Notes under the pieces: generated by a model | Database searches by the model: none | The model's input: the letters and a program-made list of their open reading frames with translations, nothing else | What the model was told of the DNA's origin: nothing | Position numbers and translations under genes: made by a program | Assembly: GCA_019694855.1 (NCBI GenBank) | Contig: JAIBBD010000001.1 | Span: forward strand, 415 to 64,414 | Length of the DNA stretch: 64,000 nucleotides | Direction of reading: 5' to 3' | From: Dehalococcoidia bacterium | GTDB taxonomy: Bacteria; Chloroflexota; Dehalococcoidia; UBA2979 | In this document: in pieces, positions 1 through 9,123 of the stretch | Position numbering within the stretch: the stretch's first letter is position 1 | Layout of the letters: every line of letters begins with the position of its first letter

Positions 1-21
1 CTGCCAACTGAGCTACACTCC
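1..21 (-). tRNA. partial tRNA (5' portion only, truncated by window edge; identity undetermined)
   Basis: Reverse complement of 1-21 is GGAGTGTAGCTCAGTTGGCAG, a canonical acceptor 5' strand plus D-arm (TAGCTCAGTTGG). The rest lies left of the window. Confidence 0.4.
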
Positions 22-90
22 TGCGCGGCTTCCGATTGTAGCAACGCCACGCGTGAGGGTGAAGGCGGCTGTTCGAGCGACCCTCCGGGG

Positions 91-1026
91 CTAGCGGTCC
101 TCTCGTTGTTGGCGAAGGAAGCGTTCGAGGTCGCCAAGCAGCTCGTCGCTAGTAGGAAGCTCGCCTCCTGACTCGTCGGTCTCGGGAGCGTTGGCGTCGA
201 ACTGCTCCTCGAGCGTCTGGATGTACGTCGAGGCTTCGTCGGATTGCTCCATCGCTTCCTGCACCTGCTGCGCGAACTCCTCGCTGCGCTCCTCCAGGCC
301 GGCGAGTGGCGTGGAGGTGCCGTAGCCTCGGTCGATGACCTTTACGAGGGAGATGCCGGCGTTCGGGTTTGGGCCGGTGTTGAGGTAGTGAGGGGAGATC
401 GCCCAGAGGCTGGCATTGCGCCAGCCACGCCCACGGAAGGTGAGATTGAGCACGCTGATGATGCCTGTGGGGCCCTCGTAGCGGCTGCCGGGGATCTTGA
501 GGCCGAACTGCGTCTCGAAGTCGTTGTCGGACGCTGAGAGGGTGACCGGCAGCGCGCGCGTGTGCGGCACCGCACCCGGCTGCACGCCCAGCGTGACGCT
601 CGTCGTGGCGCCGACCGCCTCCATCAGGCTTGTCACCACCTCGGTGAACGTGCGCCAGCGCAGGTGAGGCTCGATACCGCCGAAGAGCAGGAAGTCGTGG
701 TCGGCGCCGGGAGGGCTGGCCGTAAAGAAGCGGTTCCGCGGCCAGTCGATGACGCGGTCGTCGCCGGCGAGCCTCGTCCGTGGGCGCTGCACGGTGAAGT
801 CGTAGAACGGCTCGGGGTCGATGTCGGCGATGGGCGTGGCATGCCACTGCTCGACGAGGTACTCGAGGGCGGAGAGCGCGGCTCCGTTGGTGTCGGTCCA
901 GCCGGTGATCGCAGCGATCAGGACCGGGTTGCGGAGGGGCCGCACTTCGCCGAGTAGACGGAGACGTTCGTGCATCAAGGTCACCTCAGCAGTCCGCGAA
1001 CGGGCAGGCTCGAGCGGCAAAGACAC
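91..1026 (-). CDS. PAC2 family protein (proteasome-assembly-chaperone-like)
   Basis: 311-aa ORF resembling the actinobacterial PAC2/ATP-grasp-like family, with an acidic C-terminal tail. Confidence 0.65.
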   Translation of the reverse strand: MSLPLEPARSRTAEVTLMHERLRLLGEVRPLRNPVLIAAITGWTDTNGAALSALEYLVEQWHATPIADIDPEPFYDFTVQRPRTRLAGDDRVIDWPRNRFFTASPPGADHDFLLFGGIEPHLRWRTFTEVVTSLMEAVGATTSVTLGVQPGAVPHTRALPVTLSASDNDFETQFGLKIPGSRYEGPTGIISVLNLTFRGRGWRNASLWAISPHYLNTGPNPNAGISLVKVIDRGYGTSTPLAGLEERSEEFAQQVQEAMEQSDEASTYIQTLEEQFDANAPETDESGGELPTSDELLGDLERFLRQQREDR

Positions 1027-1109
1027 GACTCCGGCCCCGGACTTGCCGCCGGGGCCGGTGCGGTGCGTTCACTCGAACGCGCCCGATCCAATGAGTGGTG
1101 CGGACGGGC

Positions 1110-1445
1110 TCAGTGGCCTCCGCAGCCGCATCCACCGCCAGTCTGCGCGTTCGGGGCCTCGATGGTGAAGCCGGAGCGCATGACGTCGTCGACCCAGTCG
1201 ATCGAGGCGCCCTCGAGGCTGTCGGCCGAGACATCGTCGACGATGAAGCGGATGCCGGAGAGGGTGAACACGCTGTCGCCGCTCTCGGCGTTGTCGATGG
1301 CCATGCCAAAGGAGGGGCCGCTGCAGGCGCAGCCGCCGCCGCGGGTGAAGAGGCGGAGTCCCTGTTCCTCCGTAATGCCGTGCTCGGCGGTAATGGCGAG
1401 CAGGCGTTCGGCGGCGCTCTCGGTGACGGTCATGGTCAGGGTCAT
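1110..1445 (-). CDS. iron-sulfur cluster insertion protein, HesB/IscA/ErpA family
   Basis: 111 aa; the three cysteines (CxSGPSFG ... C-terminal GGGCGCGGH) are the A-type Fe-S carrier signature. Confidence 0.75.
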   Translation of the reverse strand: MTLTMTVTESAAERLLAITAEHGITEEQGLRLFTRGGGCACSGPSFGMAIDNAESGDSVFTLSGIRFIVDDVSADSLEGASIDWVDDVMRSGFTIEAPNAQTGGGCGCGGH

Positions 1446-1524
1446 GGCTCACTCCTGCCTGTGCGTTGCTGGCGTACCCCTAGCATGCGCTTTCCGGGTA
1501 AGTCCCCGCAACCACATTCGGCGG

Positions 1525-3750
1525 TCAATCCTCGGCGGTGATGACCGCCAGAAGATCCCGCCCGAACTCGCGGACGCGGGCGTCGCCCATCCCCCAGACG
1601 GAACGTAGTGCGTCCTCATCCGAGGGGCGGCGCGAGGCGAGCTCACGGGCCGTGCGGTCGCTGAAGAGGGTGTAAGCGGGGACGCCGTCCTCGCGTGCCC
1701 GCTGGAGTCGCCAGGCGCGCAGGCGCTGATAGAGAGGGTCGTCATAGGCGACTTCGGCCTCGGTCGCGCTGGCGGTGGCGCGTGCGCGTGGACGCGCGGG
1801 CGCCCTCGGGGCGTCGGCGTGAGCGGCCTCCCAGGCGGCCACGAGGCGCAGCAGGCGGTCGCCAAACCAGCGGGAGCGCGTTTCGCCCATCCCCCAGATC
1901 TCGAGGAGTGCGTCCTGCGTGGCCGGGCGATAGGTCGCGATCTCGCGGGCCGTCCGCTCCTCGAATACGAGGTAGGGGGGACGGCCGGAGGAACGCGCGA
2001 GGTCGGCACGAGCATCGAGGAGGTCGTTGAAGAGATCGAGGGGGTACTCGGGTTCCGACGCGATGCCGTTGCCACGGCAGTTGTCGCAGTTCGTGCAGCG
2101 GTCGGCGGACTCCTCGCCGAAGTAGCGCAGGATGAGTGCGCGGCGACAGCCGGAGGTCTCCGCATACTCGATCATCTGGGCGAGGCGTGATTCCGCGTAG
2201 CGGCGGCGTTCCTCGATGGGGGTGAGATCGAGGGGGGCGTCCCGGTCGGTTGAGGTGAGCCGAAGCGCTCCGGGCTCAATCAAACCGCTGGCGCGAAAGG
2301 CGGTGAGCGCCACGGGAAGCCCCTCGCTGGCGCTGGCGTCGACGGCATCGCCGTACTGGATAGCGCGATCGCCGGCGTACTCCTGCAGCTCGACGAGGCG
2401 CCACCAGATACGTCGTAGCTCGTGCTCGTCGGGGTGGGCCTGGTCAATGAAGCGGCGCTGGAGGGCGGCGTCACGCCTCGCGTAGAGGAGGGTGCACTCG
2501 GCCGGGTCGCCATCGCGTCCGGCGCGGCCGGCTTCCTGGTAGTACGCCTCGATACGACCGGGGAGGTGCGTATGCACGACATAACGGATGTCTGGCTTGT
2601 CGATGCCCATCCCGAAGGCGTTGGTGGCGACGAGGACGGGGACTTCGCCGGTGATGAAGCGGCGCTGGATACGGGCCCGGTCAGCCGACCCCATACCCGC
2701 GTGGTATGCGAGCGCCGGCACGCCGGCGGCGGACAGGGCGGCGGCGGTGTCCTCCACGTTGCGGCGTGTCCGCGCGTAGATGATCCCGGCCTGACCCCGG
2801 TGGCTGCGCGCGTAGCGCACGAGCCAGTCCAGGCGCTCGCCATCGCTCGTCACCGGCACCACGCCCAGGTGGAGGTTGGGGCGGTCGAACGTCGTCAGCA
2901 CCTCATCGGCGCGCCCGGCGACGCCCAGGCGCGCGAGGATGTCACGGCGTACCAGCGGGTCTGCGGTGGCCGTGAGCGCGAGCGTCCTCGGCGCGCCCAG
3001 GCGCTCACGGACGGGCCCCAGAGCCAGGTAGTCGGGACGGAAGTCGTGGCCCCACTCGGAGATACAGTGCGCCTCGTCGACGACAAACAGGTTGACGCCC
3101 GCAGCCTGCAGGCCTTCGACGAAACGCTGGTTGGCGAAGCGTTCGGGCGCGACGAAGAGCAGCGCCGTACGCCCTTCGATGAAGTCGCGGTAGCGACGGT
3201 TCTGCTCGGCCCGATCGAGCGATGAGTTGATGAACGTCGCGGCAACGCCGGCGGACTGAAGCGCCTCGACCTGATCCTGCATGAGGGCGATCAGTGGGGA
3301 GACGACCAGGGTGCGACCGACCTCGAGTGCGGGCAGGACATAACACAAGCTCTTCCCGGAGCCAGTGGGCATTACGCCGAGGACATCGCGGGCCGCGAGG
3401 TGGGTGAGCACCTCAGCCTGACCGCGGCGGAAATCGGGGTAGCCGAAGACCGACTGCAGGCGGGCCCGGTAGACCTCGAGGTCGTCAGGGAAGGTTGCTG
3501 GATCGGCCGGGCGGGGCGGGGCGACGCGCTGGGGCGAACGGGGAGCGGCGCGGACGGCAACGGCCTCGAAGCCGGGTAGCGGGGCGGGACCGTCGGCGCG
3601 GGTGCCGCAGGAGCCGCAGAAGATGGCGTCGTCGGCAAGGGGTGAGCCGCAGCGCTGGCAGGTCACCGGCGCATCGTACCGCACATGTGTGCTAGGTGGA
3701 CGCGGTGACGCCCGCGAGCTCCTCGGCGCGGGCGACGAGGCCGGGGACAT
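1525..3750 (-). CDS. recQ: ATP-dependent DNA helicase RecQ (N-terminal Zn-ribbon, helicase core, RQC, two HRDC-like C-terminal domains)
   Basis: MPTGSGKSLCYVLPAL Walker A, VVDEAHCISEWGHDFRPDY (DEAH box), C-x-C Zn motif (CTNCDNC) and C-terminal HRDC-like repeats. The true start may be an internal GTG (~3663-3684), since the 5' end overlaps the upstream gene. Confidence 0.85.
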   Translation of the reverse strand: MSPASSPAPRSSRASPRPPSTHVRYDAPVTCQRCGSPLADDAIFCGSCGTRADGPAPLPGFEAVAVRAAPRSPQRVAPPRPADPATFPDDLEVYRARLQSVFGYPDFRRGQAEVLTHLAARDVLGVMPTGSGKSLCYVLPALEVGRTLVVSPLIALMQDQVEALQSAGVAATFINSSLDRAEQNRRYRDFIEGRTALLFVAPERFANQRFVEGLQAAGVNLFVVDEAHCISEWGHDFRPDYLALGPVRERLGAPRTLALTATADPLVRRDILARLGVAGRADEVLTTFDRPNLHLGVVPVTSDGERLDWLVRYARSHRGQAGIIYARTRRNVEDTAAALSAAGVPALAYHAGMGSADRARIQRRFITGEVPVLVATNAFGMGIDKPDIRYVVHTHLPGRIEAYYQEAGRAGRDGDPAECTLLYARRDAALQRRFIDQAHPDEHELRRIWWRLVELQEYAGDRAIQYGDAVDASASEGLPVALTAFRASGLIEPGALRLTSTDRDAPLDLTPIEERRRYAESRLAQMIEYAETSGCRRALILRYFGEESADRCTNCDNCRGNGIASEPEYPLDLFNDLLDARADLARSSGRPPYLVFEERTAREIATYRPATQDALLEIWGMGETRSRWFGDRLLRLVAAWEAAHADAPRAPARPRARATASATEAEVAYDDPLYQRLRAWRLQRAREDGVPAYTLFSDRTARELASRRPSDEDALRSVWGMGDARVREFGRDLLAVITAED

Positions 3751-4198
3751 CGACGATTTCGCCCTCGACCGTGAGGTGTTGGCCCTCGCGGGGGAGGAAC
3801 TTCCAGCGGACGTTGCCCAGGGTCTCGATACGCTCGATGCGCTCGACGTCGGCCCAGGCGACCTCGCGGAGGATACGGCCGTCGTGGAGGGCCAGCGCTC
3901 GGCGGTTGGTGAGGACGATGGCCGTGGCGGTGGCGCGCCAGGTGAGGAGGACGACAGGGAGCATGAAGACGGTGATTCCGGCCAGGAAGAGGCCGAAGCC
4001 GGTCGCCTCGGCCTTGCCGGTCAGCAGGCCGATGGCCACGAACGCAATCGCACCGAGGAGGGGGAGCGCAAAGGAGGCGTGATTCCACCAGTGCGACTCG
4101 TTGGGGTGGAGGGCTACCAGCGCCTCATCGAGCGCGTCGACGAAGGCCTGGTCGGCGGCATGGACGAGCAGGGCGTCCTCGGCTACGTCGGGCGGCAT
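3692..4198 (-). CDS. PH-domain (bPH_2-like) membrane protein, hypothetical
   Basis: 168 aa with two central TM helices (AIAFVAIGLLTG..GLFLAGITVFMLPVVLL) followed by a bacterial-PH-like domain. Confidence 0.4.
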   Translation of the reverse strand: MPPDVAEDALLVHAADQAFVDALDEALVALHPNESHWWNHASFALPLLGAIAFVAIGLLTGKAEATGFGLFLAGITVFMLPVVLLTWRATATAIVLTNRRALALHDGRILREVAWADVERIERIETLGNVRWKFLPREGQHLTVEGEIVDVPGLVARAEELAGVTAST

Positions 4199-4228
4199 GC
4201 AGCCATTGTGCCACCGGCAGCGGGCGGA

Positions 4229-4624
4229 TCAGGAGATGTAGCGAAGGTCGTAGCCGTACGTGATGGGAACGCCCGAGTAGCGCGTCGGGATCCAGTGGGC
4301 AACGTGCTCCTCGTGCCACACGTGCTCGGGGACGAGGCCGACGACCAGTTCCAGCTCAAACTCGATGTGGGGATCGCTGCCCGAAACGATGAGGACCGCC
4401 CGTTCGAGCGGGCGGCCGTGACCGGTCGGTTGTGAGCGCCTCGAAGGGTAGGGCCCCACGAGGAGGGCGGCCGTGCCCTGAAACGGGTCGAGGCCCTGGT
4501 CGCGCATGTCCGCCATGACCTGCGCGAAGTCTGTCTTCACGTCGGGCACCACGCCCGCGATGAGGGTGCGACGCTGCGCGGCCTCGAGGATGGTGATGGC
4601 GACCATACGCGGCTCCGCGGTCAT
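4229..4624 (-). CDS. hypothetical protein
   Basis: 131-aa ORF on the same strand between flanking genes. No recognizable motif. Confidence 0.3.
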   Translation of the reverse strand: MTAEPRMVAITILEAAQRRTLIAGVVPDVKTDFAQVMADMRDQGLDPFQGTAALLVGPYPSRRSQPTGHGRPLERAVLIVSGSDPHIEFELELVVGLVPEHVWHEEHVAHWIPTRYSGVPITYGYDLRYIS

Positions 4625-4654
4625 GGTACGCCGCGGGCAGGCGGTCGTGGCTCG

Positions 4655-5146
4655 TCAGGTGTTCTCCTCGATGGTGCGGGCAAGGCGCTCGGCGGAGCGG
4701 TTGGCATCCTCAAACAGGTGGCCGAACCGTCGGTGCGTTTCCTCGGGCTCTTCGGCCTGCATGCGGTCGAGCTCGGCCTCGTTGTAGCGGGCGTCGTGCT
4801 CGAGGATGCGCCGGCGGACGACGGGCCACTCGTCCGCGCCCCAGACGATGACCGCTGCCTCGATGGCCATGGTCTGCTCGTCGGGCGGGGCGGCTTCCGA
4901 GACACGCTCGTCCTCGATCACCGACGGTTCAACCTCGTAGCCGCCAAGGGCCTCGCGGTCGGCTCCCAGCGTGATGACCGATTGGTCGGACGAGCGGATG
5001 AGCGACGCAGGGAGCCAATAGTCCGGAGCCATCGGCGCGTCCACCTTGAAGTAGTAGCCGAGGATCTCCTTCACGGCGCCGACGTCCTGGCCGTCAGCGG
5101 TCAGAACCCGCGCCCCCACGGTGAAGTCGTAGCTGTCCATGCTCAT
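4655..5146 (-). CDS. PRC-barrel/DUF2171-like protein with acidic C-terminal tail
   Basis: The N-terminal ~70 aa (FTVGARVLTADGQDVGAVKEI..YFKVD..DYWLP) resemble the DUF2171 PRC-barrel fold. Confidence 0.4.
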   Translation of the reverse strand: MSMDSYDFTVGARVLTADGQDVGAVKEILGYYFKVDAPMAPDYWLPASLIRSSDQSVITLGADREALGGYEVEPSVIEDERVSEAAPPDEQTMAIEAAVIVWGADEWPVVRRRILEHDARYNEAELDRMQAEEPEETHRRFGHLFEDANRSAERLARTIEENT

Positions 5147-5268
5147 CGCGCCCTCCTCGGGGTGTGCCAGCGGCTGGCGAGAGCGTACGAGATATGCGAG
5201 ACGCTGTGCGTGGGGCGGAGCGGCTGGACGATTGCAGGATGCTCGCAGTGCGCGAACCGGGGAAGTGG

Positions 5269-5339
5269 CTGGGGACCGAGGATTCGAACCTCGACTTACT
5301 GATCCAGAGTCAGCTGTCCTACCCTTAGACGAGTCCCCA
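5269..5339 (-). tRNA. tRNA-Gln (anticodon CUG)
   Basis: Reverse complement TGGGGACTCG...CTCTGGA...GGTTCGAATCCTCGGTCCCCAG folds as a cloverleaf with U1-A72, discriminator G73, anticodon loop CUCUGGA. No CCA is encoded. Confidence 0.8.
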
Positions 5340-5375
5340 CCGGAGTTACCAGACTAGCAAGCTTCCGCAATGCGG

Positions 5376-6854
5376 TCATCCGGCCGCGGCGCGAAGCACC
5401 TCGGCGGCGCGTCCGAGGCGGTCGAGCGAGGCATCGCGGCCGACCAGCTCCATCGATTCGAAGAGCGGCGGGGTCACGTTCTTTCCGGTCACGGCGAGCC
5501 GGCAAAGCATGAAGAGGTCGCCCGGCTTCTCGCCGGTCTGCGCCGCCACCGCCCGCAGGCACTCCTCGATGGCCGCGGCGTCCCACGCCTCGAGCGCATC
5601 GAGGGCGGCGACGGCAGCATCGATGGCGGCCGGCGCGGCGTCGGCGCGGTTCCGGTACGCCTTGCCGAGCAGCTGGTCGCGCGGCGGCGCGGCCACGTCC
5701 GAGGCGAAGAGGAAATCGACGAGCGCCGTGACCTCCGGGAGCAGCTTGACGCGCTCGCGGACGAGCGGCGTGATCGCGGCGACGAGGGCGCGGTCGAGAG
5801 GACGCACCACGTCGGCGGGAAGTGCGCGCTCGAGTTCGCGGGCAAAGACCTCGGACAGCTCATCCTCGGCCATAGCGCGCATGTAGACGCCATTCATCCA
5901 TTCGAGCTTCTGCGTGTCGAACACGGCCGGGTGGACGACGAGGTCCTTGATGTCGAAGGCGTCGACGACCTGCTGGCGCGAGAGGATCTCGGTGGCGCCG
6001 TCGGGGGACCAGCCGAGGATGGAGAGGAAGTTGAAGAGCGCATCCGGGAGGTAGCCGTCCTCGGCGTACTCGAGGACTGACTTCGCGCCATGGCGCTTCG
6101 ACAGCTTGCCCCCGTCCGGGCCGAGGATGACCGGCGTGTGCACGTAGATCGGGACCGGATGGCCGAGCGCCTCGAAGAGGCGGACGTGCCGCGGCGCCGA
6201 GGGCAGCCATTCATCGCCGCGGGTGACATGGGTCGTCGCCATCAGATGGTCGTCCACCGCGTGGGCGAGGTGATAGGTCGGGAAGCCGTCCGATTTCAGG
6301 ATCACGAAGTCGTCCAGGAGGCGGTTCTCGTACGTGATCTCGCCTCGAAGGAGGTCGGTGAACGTGGTGGTGCCCTCGCGAGGCATCGCGAAGCGGACGA
6401 CGAACGACTCGCCGGCGGCAGCACGTGCCTCGGCCTCCGCTGCAGGAATCAGGCGGCAGCGGCCGTCGTAGCCGGGCGGCTGCTTCGCCGCGCGCTGGGC
6501 CTCGCGCATCGCCTCGAGATCGGCCGGCGTGCAGAAGCAGCGGTACGCATTGTCCGATGCCAGAAGGCGCCCGGTTGCCTCCCGGTAGCCGTCGAGGCGC
6601 TGGGACTGCACGTAGGGACCATAGGGGCCGCCGACATCGGGGCCCTCGTCCCAGTCGAGGCCGAGCCAGCGCAGCGACGCCTCGATGCGCTCGATGGAGC
6701 CCGGGACGAGGCGCGTCTGGTCGGTGTCCTCGATGCGGAGGTAGAAGACGCCGCCCTCGTGGCGGGCGAAGGCCCACGCCCAGAGGGCGGAGCGGATGTT
6801 GCCGACGTGGGGGTCGCCGGTCGGGCTGGGCGCGTAGCGGAGTCGGACGGTCAT
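5376..6854 (-). CDS. gltX: glutamate--tRNA ligase (probably non-discriminating)
   Basis: Begins MTVRLRYAPSPTGDPHVGN (HIGH-class motif) and contains KLSKRHG (KMSKS). The track ORF (to 6974) carries a 40-aa upstream extension. The ATG at 6852-6854 overlaps the upstream gene's stop (ATGA). Confidence 0.9.
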   Translation of the reverse strand: MTVRLRYAPSPTGDPHVGNIRSALWAWAFARHEGGVFYLRIEDTDQTRLVPGSIERIEASLRWLGLDWDEGPDVGGPYGPYVQSQRLDGYREATGRLLASDNAYRCFCTPADLEAMREAQRAAKQPPGYDGRCRLIPAAEAEARAAAGESFVVRFAMPREGTTTFTDLLRGEITYENRLLDDFVILKSDGFPTYHLAHAVDDHLMATTHVTRGDEWLPSAPRHVRLFEALGHPVPIYVHTPVILGPDGGKLSKRHGAKSVLEYAEDGYLPDALFNFLSILGWSPDGATEILSRQQVVDAFDIKDLVVHPAVFDTQKLEWMNGVYMRAMAEDELSEVFARELERALPADVVRPLDRALVAAITPLVRERVKLLPEVTALVDFLFASDVAAPPRDQLLGKAYRNRADAAPAAIDAAVAALDALEAWDAAAIEECLRAVAAQTGEKPGDLFMLCRLAVTGKNVTPPLFESMELVGRDASLDRLGRAAEVLRAAAG

Positions 6855-7810
6855 GGGCGGCCTCCTCGCACGGCGCCGACCAGGCGGTCGGAGGGATCGA
6901 GGCCGTGGCGAGCGCGCAGCGCCTCGATCGCGGCCTGCATGTCGGCCGGCAGCGGCGCCTCGAACTCGCGCCACTCACCGGTCGAAGGGAGGCGAAGGCC
7001 CAGCCGCCAGGCGTGCAGCGCCTGGCGACCGATCAGGGGCGACGCCTGACCGTACAGTGTGTCCCCGAGGACGGGGTGGCCGATGGCCTCGAGGTGGACG
7101 CGGATCTGGTGGGTGCGCCCGGTGTAGATGCGGACCTCGAGGAGGGCCGCTTCGTCGCCGTACTGCTCGCGGACTCGATACTCGGTGTAAGCGCTGTCGC
7201 CGTCCTCCGTGACCGCGCGCTTGCGCGGGTCGTGGGGGTCGTGGCCGAGGGGCGCGTCGATGATGCCGGCCGCAGGCTCGACGGCACCGGCGACGATCGC
7301 GAGGTAGAGCTTCACGGTTTCGCGCTGACGCCACTGGTCTTTGAGCGTCTGCTGCGCGATCGGCGTCCGCGCGTAGGCCAGCACTCCAGATGTCTCGCGG
7401 TCGAGGCGGTGGACGACGCCCGGGCGGTCGCCCTCGATGGTGTCGAGCTCAGGGTAGCGCGCGCGCATGACGTCCACGAGGGTCGCGCCGGTGAGACCGG
7501 GGACCGGGTGCACGATGAGTCCGGGCTGCTTGTCGATGATGACGACGTGTTCGTCCTCGTAGAGGAGATCGAGTGGGATCGAGGCCGCAACCTCGGGATC
7601 GACGCCGCGTTCGGGAAGGCAGACCTCGACGAGGCTGCCGACTTCGACGGTGTGGGCGGGACGCGAAGCCGCTGCGTCGTCGACGCGGACGCGCCCGCCC
7701 TCGATCAGCTTTTGAGCCTGGGAGCGCGAGATGTCGGGGACGGCGTCGGCCATGAGGCGGTCGAGTCGGTCGGCGCGGCCCGCACGGAAGCGACGTGTTA
7801 GCTCGGTCAT
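6851..7810 (-). CDS. RluA-family 23S rRNA pseudouridine synthase (RluD-like, N-terminal S4 domain)
   Basis: Begins MTELTRR...; contains HRLDRETSGVL, the catalytic Asp motif of the RluA family. The track ORF is extended 115 aa upstream. Confidence 0.8.
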   Translation of the reverse strand: MTELTRRFRAGRADRLDRLMADAVPDISRSQAQKLIEGGRVRVDDAAASRPAHTVEVGSLVEVCLPERGVDPEVAASIPLDLLYEDEHVVIIDKQPGLIVHPVPGLTGATLVDVMRARYPELDTIEGDRPGVVHRLDRETSGVLAYARTPIAQQTLKDQWRQRETVKLYLAIVAGAVEPAAGIIDAPLGHDPHDPRKRAVTEDGDSAYTEYRVREQYGDEAALLEVRIYTGRTHQIRVHLEAIGHPVLGDTLYGQASPLIGRQALHAWRLGLRLPSTGEWREFEAPLPADMQAAIEALRARHGLDPSDRLVGAVRGGRP

Positions 7811-8331
7811 CGGCGCGCTTCCTCGCGGAGACTGAGCAGTACGACGGCAATGACGCCACAGACGATGGCGGAGTCCGCGATATTGAACGCGGGGTAGTGG
7901 GTGGGGTCGATGAAATCGGTCACGGTGCCCTTCGCGAGGCGGTCGGTGAGGTTGCCGATGGCTCCGCCGAGGATCAGCGAGAGCGCGGCCACGTACAAGC
8001 GCTGCGCCGGTGGCACGAGCAGCATGTAGACGATGATGGCTGCGACCCCGACAGCGGCGGCACCGAGCAGGAAGGCGCCACCGCCCTGGAAGATGCCGAA
8101 CGCTGCCCCCGAGTTCTCTACATGCGAGATCGCGAGGAGCGCGTCCTTGGAGGGCCACGCTTCTCCCTCGGAGAGCCGTCCGCGGACGAGCGCCTTCGTG
8201 AGCTGGTCGGCGACGATGACGGCGAGCACGATGAACAGATACGGCACCAGGTGGCCGCGCTCGGAGCGCGAGGCGGCGAGCCGCTCACGCAGCGAAGGGG
8301 CTCGGATCACCGTTTCTTCCATGGGATCCAT
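7807..8331 (-). CDS. lspA: lipoprotein signal peptidase II
   Basis: 174-aa polytopic membrane protein with conserved LspA blocks (NSGAAFG; NLTDRL; FNIAD). The stop overlaps the rluD-like start. Confidence 0.8.
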   Translation of the reverse strand: MDPMEETVIRAPSLRERLAASRSERGHLVPYLFIVLAVIVADQLTKALVRGRLSEGEAWPSKDALLAISHVENSGAAFGIFQGGGAFLLGAAAVGVAAIIVYMLLVPPAQRLYVAALSLILGGAIGNLTDRLAKGTVTDFIDPTHYPAFNIADSAIVCGVIAVVLLSLREEARR

Positions 8332-8437
8332 CGTAACGAAGCCGGACGCTGCGATCCGGCGGAGGCGTCAGAAACGTCATTGAGGGGCTCCTCGCAAGCC
8401 GGTACCCTGACGCAACAGCATTGAGCAAGGAAGGGGT

Positions 8438-9046
8438 TTGCGAATGACCCTCGACGTTTCGCGCCGGGAGATGCCGCACTCGACGGACAAATCGCCGCGG
8501 CTGGCGCCGGGCCAGCGGCTGACCGATGGATTCCCAGTCCTTACCTACGGCGGCGTGCCGAAGATCGACCTCGCGACGTGGCAGTTCCGGATCTTCGGGC
8601 TTGTCGAGGACGAGGTGACGCTGAACTGGGAGCAGTTTATGGCGTTGCCGCAGAGCAAGAGCCATTCGGACATCCACTGCGTGACCACCTGGAGCCGGTA
8701 CGACAACGACTGGGAGGGCGTGCGCATCGCGGACATGCTGTCCCTGGTCCAGGTGAAGCCGGAGGCGAAGCACGTCATGTTCCACGCGTACGGTGGGTAC
8801 ACGACGAACGTGCCGCTCGACGAGTTGCTGTACAACGACGCGCTCCTCGCACATACCCACGACGGCGCCCCGTTGCCCCTCGAGCACGGTGGGCCGCTGC
8901 GCGGGGTGGTGCCGCACCTGTACTTCTGGAAGAGCGCGAAGTGGGTGCGCGGCATTGAGCTCATGGCCGAGGAGCGGCCGGGGTTCTGGGAGATGTACGG
9001 GTACCACATCCACGGCGACCCGTGGAAGGAAGAGCGGTACAGCTAG
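8438..9046 (+). CDS. sulfite-oxidase-fold molybdopterin-dependent oxidoreductase (cytoplasmic; no TAT signal, no MsrQ partner)
   Basis: The HCVTTWS Mo-cofactor cysteine motif and ~200-aa size match the YedY/MsrP-like catalytic domain. Confidence 0.65.
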   Translation: MRMTLDVSRREMPHSTDKSPRLAPGQRLTDGFPVLTYGGVPKIDLATWQFRIFGLVEDEVTLNWEQFMALPQSKSHSDIHCVTTWSRYDNDWEGVRIADMLSLVQVKPEAKHVMFHAYGGYTTNVPLDELLYNDALLAHTHDGAPLPLEHGGPLRGVVPHLYFWKSAKWVRGIELMAEERPGFWEMYGYHIHGDPWKEERYS

Positions 9047-9073
9047 CCTCGAACCAGACGAGCGGGAGATGAC

Positions 9074-9101
9074 GAGAGCGCCCCCAACCGGGGGCGCTCT
9101 C
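9074..9101. terminator. bidirectional intrinsic terminator (perfect 12-bp stem GAGAGCGCCCCC/GGGGGCGCTCTC)
   Basis: Inverted repeat between the convergent Mo-oxidoreductase (+) and malic enzyme (-) genes, followed by a T-rich stretch. Confidence 0.4.
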
Positions 9102-9123
9102 GTTATGTGGTCGGGAGGGTGCG

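Noticed and set aside
5376-6974. N-terminal 40-aa extension of gltX (also rluD +115 aa, ku +22 aa, EEP +47 aa) as real sequence
   Set aside because: Each internal start matches the conserved family N-terminus and creates ATGA-type overlaps or sensible spacing, so the extensions are open-frame artefacts of the high GC content.
6425-7801. 458-aa plus-strand ORF, Arg/Gly-rich
   Set aside because: It lies antisense to the well-supported rluD-like and gltX genes. Its Arg/Gly/Ala-rich composition is the typical GC-driven shadow ORF.
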